Shown here: one piece after another, positions 1 through 8,224 of the stretch
How the letters are laid out: each line of letters begins with the position of its first letter
Numbering within the stretch: the stretch's first letter is position 1
DNA from: Vulcanimicrobiota bacterium
GTDB taxonomy: Bacteria; Vulcanimicrobiota; Vulcanimicrobiia; Vulcanimicrobiales; Vulcanimicrobiaceae
Direction: 5' to 3'
Assembly (NCBI GenBank): GCA_963733295.1
Contig: CAVTCS010000003.1
Span: 1,920,001 to 1,984,000, forward strand
DNA length: 64,000 bases
Program-made: the position numbers and the translations under genes
The notes under the pieces: model-generated
Databases searched by the model: none
Told to the model about the DNA's origin: nothing
The model's input: only the letters and a program-made list of their open reading frames with translations

Positions 1-126
1 GATGGAATTCTGGAGATCTCTGAGGAAAGCTTTATTATGGGGCTTTATATTCGAGTTGCAGCTTTCGTCGCAATTGCCGCGCAGGTGTACGAGCCGCAAG
101 GTGCTGGGCGAGACCGAATAGGATGA
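1..126 (+). CDS. Possible 3' end of a hypothetical protein (partial, runs off the window)
   Basis: Frame 1 is open from base 1 to TGA at 124-126 (DGILEISEESFIMGLYIRVAAF...); the segment is lower in GC. Confidence 0.3.
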   Translation, partial: DGILEISEESFIMGLYIRVAAFVAIAAQVYEPQGAGRDRIG

Positions 127-163
127 GGTTGAGCTAAACGAAGAAAGTAGCCCTGGCTGACAT

Positions 164-574
164 ATGATCGTCGACGTTATTTCTGACGCTGAGCTAGGCC
201 GTATCTTACGCGTCTACGGAGACCAGCCGCAACGCGCGGCGAACGCGATGATTGAGCTGATTGCGCAGCTGGAGAGCGGCGAGCGATTCGACCTTCTGTC
301 TTTGAAGGAGCTAGAGCCAAGTAACGTCGACTCGGTGAGAATGGCGGACGTTTCGAACGATGTCGGATTGACGTCTTTGGACGAGAAGAATTATTCTTGG
401 GAACTCAGCACCGAATCGTGGACGACAGTGCGGGGGCTGCTTGTGCCCTTTACATCCTATCTCGCTCCCGCGGGATCGCGCTGGCTTGGAGGCCCGCAAG
501 CGTCCATACCTGGCTACGGGATGGGACGGGGCCTAAACGTTCTCTTTAGCTCTTCAAAGGCAAACGGTTGGTAG
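164..574 (+). CDS. Hypothetical protein
   Basis: 136-aa ATG ORF with protein-like composition in a lower-GC segment; no recognised motif. Confidence 0.6.
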   Translation: MIVDVISDAELGRILRVYGDQPQRAANAMIELIAQLESGERFDLLSLKELEPSNVDSVRMADVSNDVGLTSLDEKNYSWELSTESWTTVRGLLVPFTSYLAPAGSRWLGGPQASIPGYGMGRGLNVLFSSSKANGW

Positions 575-644
575 GAAGGTCACAATTGCGCCGTTGACCT
601 GTCAGATTGCTTGGTAGGGACCCAAGACTGGGTATACGATCGGG

Positions 645-992
645 ATGATGAGCCTAAGCGAAATTCGCCCGCTCCAGATCGTCTGTACGGTGGCGCTAGT
701 GGGACTCTCGGTGCTTCCCGCCGGCGCGCAGACTACGGTCGGCAAGGTCGAGGGTAAGCCTCAGGTTCACCGCGAGAGAGTTGAGGGACACCGATACGGC
801 TCTCACGTCGGCTCCATCCACATTTTTGTCCCGTCGACCTACGCGGGCGTCAGCTCTTTTCGCGTGCGCATGCCATGGGGCGGCCACGTGATCGTACCGG
901 GCGTGCACGTCCGCTCGCCGCGGGTTTCGGTTTCGTCGCCGCGGGTTGCTGTCTCGGCACCGCGCTCCGGCCCCCGCAAACGGGCAGAGTAA
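645..992 (+). CDS. Putative secreted hypothetical protein with short SPRV repeats
   Basis: Hydrophobic N-terminus ending AGA-Q; C-terminal SPRVSVS/SPRVAVS repeats; TACGAT -10-like box at 635-640. Confidence 0.55.
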   Translation: MMSLSEIRPLQIVCTVALVGLSVLPAGAQTTVGKVEGKPQVHRERVEGHRYGSHVGSIHIFVPSTYAGVSSFRVRMPWGGHVIVPGVHVRSPRVSVSSPRVAVSAPRSGPRKRAE

Positions 993-1520
993 TTAGCGAA
1001 GCTTGATCAGGAGTTTGCCGTCGTCGGCGGCGAGCGAAGGTTCGTTCTGCTCGTCCTGCGACGTCTTGCCGTTTCCGGGAAGCGTTGCGGCTCGTTGGCC
1101 GGCGAGTTCGGCGCGCGCGTCTTCGAGCATGCGATCGGTGATCGCACCGCTCGCGCGTTTCGCGCGGAAGTCGTCGATCGCAGCGCGCAGCGCGGCGAGC
1201 GAACGCTCGGGATAATCTTTCTTCTTCTCGGGATACCCGTCGAGCTCGGCCTCGATGTCGGCTTCGCTGATCGCGTAGGCCTGATCGAGCGTTTTGCCCT
1301 GCGCGAGGTTGACGAGCAGGCTACACGTCGCGGTGCCGAAGCCGCAGCCGGTCGTGAAATACGAGACGTCCTCGATCACGTCGCCCGGGCCGACCTTCAG
1401 ATAATAGGTGTACATGTCGCCACACGAGTCGCTGAAGTACTCGCCGCTGGCCATCGGGCTTTCCATCGTGCGGAACCCGGTTCGCTTTTCGACCAGCTCC
1501 TGAAACTTCGCAAAATTCAC
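993..1520 (-). CDS. IscU/NifU-N-like Fe-S scaffold protein (variant)
   Basis: SCGD and TTGCG motifs; U-type scaffold layout; downstream of sufR. Confidence 0.85.
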   Translation of the reverse strand: MNFAKFQELVEKRTGFRTMESPMASGEYFSDSCGDMYTYYLKVGPGDVIEDVSYFTTGCGFGTATCSLLVNLAQGKTLDQAYAISEADIEAELDGYPEKKKDYPERSLAALRAAIDDFRAKRASGAITDRMLEDARAELAGQRAATLPGNGKTSQDEQNEPSLAADDGKLLIKLR

Positions 1521-1538
1521 GCGTGGGCGATCCTCTCG

Positions 1539-2171
1539 TTAGCTTGCTTTGATCTCAAACCGGCAAGCTGAACCCCCGGTTGCGATCGACTCGACTTGTT
1601 TGCTCGAACCGGAGACCGTTTCATGCAGGACGGTGTGAATGATCGAGCAGAGTTCGGGATGCTCGCCAACCGACTGCGCATACGGACAATTGTGCTCGCG
1701 CAGCTCGATCGTTCCGTCGGCACGCTGCACCACGTCGGTAACGACGCCGTTGTCGCGGAGCGCCACGGCCAGTTCTTCGACCCGGCCTTTGACGTCGGTC
1801 GCTCCGATGCGCTCGCGCAACTTCGTCGCAGCGCGCTTGGCCAGCTTGCCCATCACGGTGTCGAGCGCCCCCTCGCCGAGCGACGACTTGACCTCGCGCA
1901 AGACCGCGGTCAACATGCGGTCGTACTGCTGCGGGAAGAGCGTCTCGGCGCTGGAGGTCAGGGAATATTCGAGAGTAGGCTTGGTCGGTCCACGCCGGAC
2001 CGAACGTTCGGCGACGTAGCCGTCGCGTTCGAGCGTCAGCAACTGCTGGCGCACCGCGTTCGTGGAAAGGCCGAACTCGCCGGCCAAATCGACAGCCGAA
2101 GCCGCGTGCCGCCGCCGCAGCGCGGACACGATCTTGCCGCGGGTCGATTGGAAGAAGCGTGCGTCCTGCAT
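1539..2171 (-). CDS. sufR: SufR-like HTH Fe-S transcriptional regulator
   Basis: N-terminal wHTH (LSTNAVRQQLLTLERDG), C-terminal HNCPY...ELC...ACRF cysteines, divergent from sufC; GGAGA RBS before ATG 2171. Confidence 0.85.
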   Translation of the reverse strand: MQDARFFQSTRGKIVSALRRRHAASAVDLAGEFGLSTNAVRQQLLTLERDGYVAERSVRRGPTKPTLEYSLTSSAETLFPQQYDRMLTAVLREVKSSLGEGALDTVMGKLAKRAATKLRERIGATDVKGRVEELAVALRDNGVVTDVVQRADGTIELREHNCPYAQSVGEHPELCSIIHTVLHETVSGSSKQVESIATGGSACRFEIKAS

Positions 2172-2222
2172 GGTATCTCCTGGCGACTTTAGCACGAAAA
2201 GCGAAGATAGTCCATACTTTCC

Positions 2223-2251
2223 TTGACTTTCTAGGCTCGCGGGCCTACCAT
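2223..2251 (+). promoter_or_regulatory. sigma70-type promoter of the suf operon (TTGACT-N17-TACCAT)
   Basis: Near-consensus hexamers with a 17-bp spacer, 9 nt upstream of the sufC ATG. Confidence 0.7.
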
Positions 2252-2260
2252 AGACCGGGT

Positions 2261-3034
2261 ATGGCTGAGCAAGGTTTACGCGTCGAAGGACTGCACGCGA
2301 GCGTCGAAGGTAACGAGATCCTCAAGGGGATTAACCTGGCAGTCGCGCCGGGCAGCGTCCACGCTCTGATGGGTCCAAACGGAAGCGGAAAGTCGACCCT
2401 CGCGTTCTCCCTGGCCGGCCACCCGAGCTACCACGTGAACTCAGGTTCGGTGACGCTCGACGGTGACGACCTGCTCGGGCTTTCGCCCGACAAGCGCGCC
2501 AAACTTGGTCTTTTCCTTTCCTTTCAGTACCCGGCCGCGATTCCGGGAGTCTCGGTCGCCAACTTCATTCGCATCGCGCGCCAATCGCTGCACCCAGGCG
2601 ATCTTCCGCCGGCCAAATTTCGCAAGCTGATCTTCGAGCAGCTCGACGAGCTCGAAATGGATCCCGCGTTTCTCGGCCGCTACGTGAACGACGGCTTTTC
2701 CGGCGGCGAAAAGAAGCGCCTCGAGATGCTGCAGCTCGCGATGCTCGCGCCGAAGTATGCGGTCCTCGACGAAACCGACTCGGGCCTCGACGTCGACGCG
2801 CTCAAAGCCGTCGGCAATTGCGTCAACGCGCTGCGCGCGTCCGACTACGGAAACTCGATCGGGTTTCTCATCATCACGCACTACCCGCGCATCCTGCAAT
2901 ACATCACCGCAGATCACGTCCACATCATGTTGGATGGCCGGATCGTGAAGTCGGGCGGCCCTGAATTGGCCAACGTGATCGAGCGCGACGGCTACGATAA
3001 GGTCCGCGAAGAGGTCGCGGGTGGCGTCGCTTAG
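2261..3034 (+). CDS. sufC: Fe-S cluster assembly ATPase SufC
   Basis: GPNGSGKST Walker A, GFSGGEKKR, LDETDSGLDVDA, IITHY. Confidence 0.97.
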   Translation: MAEQGLRVEGLHASVEGNEILKGINLAVAPGSVHALMGPNGSGKSTLAFSLAGHPSYHVNSGSVTLDGDDLLGLSPDKRAKLGLFLSFQYPAAIPGVSVANFIRIARQSLHPGDLPPAKFRKLIFEQLDELEMDPAFLGRYVNDGFSGGEKKRLEMLQLAMLAPKYAVLDETDSGLDVDALKAVGNCVNALRASDYGNSIGFLIITHYPRILQYITADHVHIMLDGRIVKSGGPELANVIERDGYDKVREEVAGGVA

Positions 3035-4226
3035 CCCCTGCAAGGTCCTCGGCGTTTCGAAAGGGAGCCTCGAGGCGCTGATCGAGCAGCGCAGTCAGGG
3101 CGCGTTTCCCGCTTCGATGCGGTACGATGCGCTCGCACGCTATGAGGAGTTGCCCGCGCGCAGCGCTTCGCGAGCCGGCCGCGGCTGGAAGCACGATCTC
3201 AACAAACTCGATCTCTCTTCGATCGTCCCGTTCGGATCCGACATCCTCCGCGAAGGCAGCTCCGCGAACGAACGCGCGCGAAGCCGCGGCGTTCGCATCG
3301 GGCGGATCGGCACGACCGCACCGGGCGCTCTCGGAACGGCCGTCGACACGCGCGACGACAAGTTCGCCTCGCTCGCGCTCGCGTTTTCCAACGGCGGGAT
3401 GTACGTCGAGGTCCCGGCGGGTTTGCAGCTCGACGAAGAGATCGAGATCGACTATCGCGCCGAAGATGCCGCCGCCTTTCCTTATACGCTCGTCGTCGTC
3501 GGAGAAGGCGCGCGCGCGACCGTCATAGAGCGGATGTCGGGCGACCAGTTCGTCTGCGGGATTACCGAGATCGTTCTCGGCGCGCGCTCGCAGCTCAACT
3601 TCGTGGCCGAGCAACGGCTTTCGCATCCGGCTCGCTGCATCATGACCCGCCGCGCACGGCTCGGCGCCGACTCCCATCTCGAGGCGGCATTGGCGGAACT
3701 CGGAGCAGAACTGTCCGTCTCGCGGTTCCGCAGCGTCGCGGACAAACGCGGCGCGCACTCCACGCTCACGGCGCTCTTCTTCGCTAACGGCGACCAGCAC
3801 GTCGATCTCGAGAGCGAGGTCGTCCACGCCGACGGCAACACGAAGTCCGAGACGATCGTGCGCAGCGCCGGAATCGGCCGCGGGCAAGGCCGGTATCTCG
3901 GAAACATTCGCATCGTAGCCCACGCGCACGGTTCCGACGCCTCGCTGCGCGACGACGCGTTGCTGCTCTCCGAAGGCGCGCACATCGACTCCGTTCCCGC
4001 ACTCGAGATCGCCGCCAACGACGTCAAGGCCTATCACGGCGCTACGGTCGGCGCGATTTCCGAAGACGAACTCTTTTACGCGGAGAGCCGCGGCATCGCG
4101 CGCCGGGAAGCGGAACGCATGATCGCACTCGGTTTCTTCGAGCCCGCGGTCGCGCGTTTCCCCGGCGAAGGACTGCGCGCCGGCATTCGCACGACGCTCG
4201 CGGCAAAGTTGGACGCGCCGGTATGA
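3021..4226 (+). CDS. sufD: Fe-S cluster assembly protein SufD
   Basis: Beta-helix C-terminus with DSVPALEIAANDVKAYHGATVG and LFYAESRGI; lies between sufC and sufS. Confidence 0.88.
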   Translation: MASLSPCKVLGVSKGSLEALIEQRSQGAFPASMRYDALARYEELPARSASRAGRGWKHDLNKLDLSSIVPFGSDILREGSSANERARSRGVRIGRIGTTAPGALGTAVDTRDDKFASLALAFSNGGMYVEVPAGLQLDEEIEIDYRAEDAAAFPYTLVVVGEGARATVIERMSGDQFVCGITEIVLGARSQLNFVAEQRLSHPARCIMTRRARLGADSHLEAALAELGAELSVSRFRSVADKRGAHSTLTALFFANGDQHVDLESEVVHADGNTKSETIVRSAGIGRGQGRYLGNIRIVAHAHGSDASLRDDALLLSEGAHIDSVPALEIAANDVKAYHGATVGAISEDELFYAESRGIARREAERMIALGFFEPAVARFPGEGLRAGIRTTLAAKLDAPV

Positions 4227-5473
4227 TCGCGACGACTCTCGACGAGCGCGCCGCTCAGCTGGCGCTCGACTTTCCACTCCTGGCCCAAAAGACGTCCCGC
4301 GGCAAGCGGCTCGTTTATCTCGACTCGGCGGCGACGTCGCAAAAACCGCTTGCCGTCATCGACGCGCTGACGCACTACTACACGCACGACAACGCGAACA
4401 TCCATCGTGGCGTCTACGAGCTCGCGCAGCGCGCCACCGACGAATTCGAAGGCGCGCGCGCGAAGGTCGCGGGCTTCATCAACGCCGCCGAACCCGCCGA
4501 GGTCATCTTCACCCGCAACACGACCGAGAGCATCAATCTCGTTTCGTTCAGCTGGGGGCTCGAGAACCTCAAGCCGGGCGACGCGATCCTCACCTCGCAG
4601 CTCGAGCACCACTCGAACCTCGTGCCCTGGCAATTGCTTGCCGCGAAGACCGGAGCGGAGCTCCGCTTCATCGAGGTCGACGACGAAGGTCTGCACCGTC
4701 TCGACGACCTCGACCGCAAGCTCGAAGGAACCAAGCTCGTCGCGCTCTCGCACGTTTCGAATACGCTCGGGACGGTCGCGCCGCTGAACGTCATCGTGCC
4801 TCGCGCACACGCCGCAGGCGCGCTCGTGCTGCTCGATGCAGCGCAGTCGGTTCCACACTTTCCGGTCGACGTGCGCGCGCTCGACGTCGACTTTCTCGCG
4901 GCGAGCGGTCACAAGATGTGCGGCCCCACCGGCATCGGCTTCCTCTACGGCAAACGCGCGCTGCTCGAAAAGATGCCGCCCTTCCTGACCGGCGGCGACA
5001 TGATTCGCGAAGTCGGCTACGAGCGAACGACCTTCAACGAACTTCCCTGGAAGTTCGAGGCCGGCACGAGCAACGTCGCCGACGCGATCGCACTCGGAAC
5101 CGCGGTCGACTATTTAAAAGCCGTCGGCATGGACTGGGTCCACCAGCACGACACCGAGCTGACCGCTTACGCGCTCGGCCGCCTAGCCGCTCTCGAGCCA
5201 CGTGGCCTTCGCATTTACGGCCCGCAGCGGATCGAGGATCGTTCGGGGGTCATCTCGTTCAACTACGGCGACGTCCACGCTCACGATCTCGCGTCGATCC
5301 TCGACACGCAGGGCGTCTGCATCCGCGCCGGCCACCACTGTACGATGCCGCTCATGCGAAAGATGGGCTGGCCCGCAACCGCCCGAGCCTCCTTCTACCT
5401 CTACAACACCGAACAAGACGTCGAACAACTCATGCAAGCCCTAGATTCCGCCGCCAAAATCTTCAAACTATGA
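4223..5473 (+). CDS. sufS: Cysteine desulfurase SufS
   Basis: YLDSAATSQKP, SGHKMCGPTG (PLP Lys), RAGHHC. Confidence 0.97.
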   Translation: MIATTLDERAAQLALDFPLLAQKTSRGKRLVYLDSAATSQKPLAVIDALTHYYTHDNANIHRGVYELAQRATDEFEGARAKVAGFINAAEPAEVIFTRNTTESINLVSFSWGLENLKPGDAILTSQLEHHSNLVPWQLLAAKTGAELRFIEVDDEGLHRLDDLDRKLEGTKLVALSHVSNTLGTVAPLNVIVPRAHAAGALVLLDAAQSVPHFPVDVRALDVDFLAASGHKMCGPTGIGFLYGKRALLEKMPPFLTGGDMIREVGYERTTFNELPWKFEAGTSNVADAIALGTAVDYLKAVGMDWVHQHDTELTAYALGRLAALEPRGLRIYGPQRIEDRSGVISFNYGDVHAHDLASILDTQGVCIRAGHHCTMPLMRKMGWPATARASFYLYNTEQDVEQLMQALDSAAKIFKL

Positions 5474-5492
5474 GCCGAAACCTCGGGTCACA

Positions 5493-5640
5493 CAGCACCA
5501 CAATCTTTGCGCGCAGCGGGTCGGTGACCCTCAGCACGACCATCTTTGCGCGCAGCGGGTCGGTGACCCGCAGCGCAAACGGCGCTAACGCCAATGGACA
5601 GGTGCGGGAGTCCGCACCGGGGGTTTGGGGGTTCACCCCC
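5493..5640. repeat. Two tandem 39-bp palindromic units plus further hairpins (REP-like)
   Basis: Units 5493-5531 and 5532-5570 (CAGCAC-N4-ATCTTTGCGCGCAGCGGGTCGGTGACCC-N), each with a GGGTC-GGT-GACCC hairpin; then GTGCGG-GAGT-CCGCAC and GGGGG-TTCA-CCCCC. Confidence 0.85.
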
Positions 5641-5646
5641 ATATAA

Positions 5647-6069
5647 ATGGACGATTTTTACAAAGAGTATATCCTCGACCACTACCGCAATCCGCGGAAC
5701 TTCGGGCACCTCGACGCGCCCGATGCGAGCGCCGAGGATCTCAATCCGTTATGCGGGGACAAGCTGCGTTTCGAACTGAAGGTCGAGGGCGGGCGGGTTT
5801 CGGACGTGCGCTTTTCCGGCAAGGGCTGCGCGATCAGCCAGGCGGCGGCTTCGATGTTGAGCGAACACGTTCGCGGTCAACGTCTCGAGGACGTGGCGCG
5901 TCTCCAGCAAGATCGCGTCCTCGAAGACATCGGGATCGGGATCAGCCCGGCACGCATGAAGTGCGCGATGCTCGGACTCAAAGTCCTCAAGAGCGCGGCG
6001 CTCGGCGAAATCGCCGGCTGGCCGGACGAAGATCGCGCGGAGAGCGGGTCATCGAGCTCGCCTTCGTAA
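5647..6069 (+). CDS. sufU: SUF system U-type scaffold/sulfur-transfer protein
   Basis: ILDHYRNPRNFG, NPLCGD, GCAISQA, RMKC. Confidence 0.92.
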   Translation: MDDFYKEYILDHYRNPRNFGHLDAPDASAEDLNPLCGDKLRFELKVEGGRVSDVRFSGKGCAISQAAASMLSEHVRGQRLEDVARLQQDRVLEDIGIGISPARMKCAMLGLKVLKSAALGEIAGWPDEDRAESGSSSSPS

Positions 6070-6080
6070 CCGAAACGTTC

Positions 6081-6398
6081 TTGCGTTTGACCGGAGCGAT
6101 CGTTCTCGAGACGCTCGCGCTGGCGATCTGGAACATCGGCACGCGTTCGCCGGCCGCCGTCTTGCGCGACGTGCGCCGCGCGCGCGAGAAACGCTCGATC
6201 GCACTGGGCCTCGCAAGTTTTCTCGTCGGGCTCACGTTCGTGGCCGCGGCAACGGTGCTGCTCCTCCCTGCCGTCCCCAACAAGCTCGACCTCCTCGTAC
6301 CGACGGAGATTTTCACGTTCTTGGTCGCGCTGGGACTCGAGCATCTCGTCGGCGACGACCTGCGCTCACTGATCGGCGCAAGCGCTCGCGTAAGCTAG
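6081..6398 (+). CDS. Small membrane protein (start uncertain; possibly ATC at 6051)
   Basis: About three hydrophobic segments in the 3' part of ORF 5625..6398. Confidence 0.6.
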   Translation: MRLTGAIVLETLALAIWNIGTRSPAAVLRDVRRAREKRSIALGLASFLVGLTFVAAATVLLLPAVPNKLDLLVPTEIFTFLVALGLEHLVGDDLRSLIGASARVS

Positions 6399-6429
6399 CG
6401 GAGCATCAAAAGCGCGGAGGTTCTCCGGA

Positions 6430-8064
6430 CTACGGTGACATGGTCGGTGCGGGACTCACTGCGGGCGACGGTGCGGGACTCGTTCCGGGCGCCGGGATGA
6501 CCGGCACGACCGGTTGCGGCGCGTAGGGTTGCGGACCGGGCGGGTGCGCGATGTTCCCGACGATGTGCGGCGTTACGACGATATACAGATTCGACTGTGT
6601 GTGCGAGGTCGTGAGGAAGCGGAAAAACACGCCGATCAGCGGCAGGTCGCCGATGAACGGAACCTTGTTGAGGTTCTTGATCTCGTTGTCTTCGAGCAGT
6701 CCGCCGATCACGAACGATTCGCCGTCCTTGACCGTCGCCGAGGTGCTGGCCGTCCGCTGACTGATCTGCGGGATGCCCTGCACGAAATTCGTGACGCTCG
6801 AGACCTCCGAGTAAATGTGCGAGGTCACGTAGCCGTCCGAGCTCACGCGCGGCAAGATCTGCAGATCGACGCCGACGTTGATATATGCGACCTGCTGCGA
6901 GGTGACGGCGCTGGCGCCGGTGAGCACGACCGAGGTGATGATCGGAATGGCGTCGCCGGTAAGAATCGAGGCTTGCTGACCGCTTTGCGCGAGAATGCGC
7001 GGCTTGGCGATCACCTTACCGCTGCCTTTGCTCACCTCCGCGTACAGGTTCGCGGCGAGCGAGACTTGTCCAGCGGGTTTCTGACCGGTCGTGATGACCA
7101 GACCGTTCTGGATGCCGCCGGTCCCGGTCGTCGTCGAAGAATTCGGCGAGCCGTTGACCACGATGCCGGTGCCGCCGGGCGCGTACTCGATGCCGATGTT
7201 CTGAGCGGCCGTTTCGTCCAGCTCGACGATCTCGGTTTCGAGAATGACGCTCGGAACCGGAACGTCGATCTTGTCGATCGTGCTCTTGTACATGTCGATC
7301 GTCTCTTGCGTACCGGTCAAGATGATGGCGTTCAGGCGCCGGTCGATCGCGATGCTGTCGTTGAGTCGCTGCGCTAAGCCGTTCGATCCCGCGTTGAAGG
7401 CCGCGCCGCCGCCGAAGCTTTGCTGGCCCGTCGTGCTTCCAAATCCGGCGTTCACGCCACCGAAGGTACTGCCGCTGAGCTGGTTGGTGCCGATGTTCGT
7501 TTGAATCGGCGTGAACGTGTCGTTCGAGGCGACGTTGGAGCCTTGCACGAGAATGCCGGCAATCTCGCTGACGTCAGCGTACTTGAGCGGTATCACGACG
7601 GTCAGCGCACCGGCCACCGGTCCGTTCGAAACCGGCGCGACCGGCGTCGCTTGGAGGAAGTCGGTCGTGCTGACGGGAGGCACGTCGAGGACTACGGCTA
7701 GACCCAGCGCCCGGAAACGAACCTGTTGCGGCGAGGTAAGGTGAATGAAGATACTGCTGCTCGAGCCCGACTGGGTGATCGCGACGCTTTGAATCGCTCC
7801 CGAGCCGTTCGTGAGCGGCGGGACGAGCGGGCCGGCCGTGACGCCGGGAATCACCAGTGTGACCTGCGCGGTTCCGACGCCCACGGGCGTGACCTGAGGC
7901 GGCGTTCCGTTGAACTGAATGCTCACGGCAGTTCCGCCGTTCGGCTCGGGGTCGATCCGGAGGCTCGTAATCTGCGTCGCGGGCGCCGCACTCCCGGCAG
8001 CCGTGAGCGCGACCGTCAGAACGACGAGCAACCCGAAAGCCGAAATCCAGCGGAGCAAACGCAT
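6430..8064 (-). CDS. Secretin (GspD/PilQ family outer-membrane channel)
   Basis: Signal peptide; N-domain PLKYADVSEIA; secretin core KPRILAQSGQQASILTG, VKDGESFVIGGL, KVPFIGDLPLIGVFF, IVVTPHI. Confidence 0.92.
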   Translation of the reverse strand: MRLLRWISAFGLLVVLTVALTAAGSAAPATQITSLRIDPEPNGGTAVSIQFNGTPPQVTPVGVGTAQVTLVIPGVTAGPLVPPLTNGSGAIQSVAITQSGSSSSIFIHLTSPQQVRFRALGLAVVLDVPPVSTTDFLQATPVAPVSNGPVAGALTVVIPLKYADVSEIAGILVQGSNVASNDTFTPIQTNIGTNQLSGSTFGGVNAGFGSTTGQQSFGGGAAFNAGSNGLAQRLNDSIAIDRRLNAIILTGTQETIDMYKSTIDKIDVPVPSVILETEIVELDETAAQNIGIEYAPGGTGIVVNGSPNSSTTTGTGGIQNGLVITTGQKPAGQVSLAANLYAEVSKGSGKVIAKPRILAQSGQQASILTGDAIPIITSVVLTGASAVTSQQVAYINVGVDLQILPRVSSDGYVTSHIYSEVSSVTNFVQGIPQISQRTASTSATVKDGESFVIGGLLEDNEIKNLNKVPFIGDLPLIGVFFRFLTTSHTQSNLYIVVTPHIVGNIAHPPGPQPYAPQPVVPVIPAPGTSPAPSPAVSPAPTMSP

Positions 8065-8224
8065 CTAGCGAACGCCTTATGCGGCAGACGCTCTCAGGAC
8101 CTCTTGGCGCAGTTTTCCGGCGGGAGACCGTGCGAAGGGAGGGAATCTCCCAGGACCCTGTTTCGGGAAAACCGTTTTCATTTTCGCGCACATCGCGCTC
8201 AACCGCAACCGCAAAGGAGCCCGC

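Noticed and set aside
5493..5570. 39-bp repeats as a CRISPR array
   Set aside because: Only two adjacent units, no spacers and no cas genes.
8085..8175. Glycine-riboswitch-like words (CTCTCAGG; GGGAGA..CGAAGGGAG..CTCCCAGG) upstream of the amino-acid binding protein
   Set aside because: Only 5 nt lie between GGAGA and CGAAG, leaving no room for P2, and the first aptamer would fall inside the secretin CDS. An Infernal scan with the glycine model would settle it.
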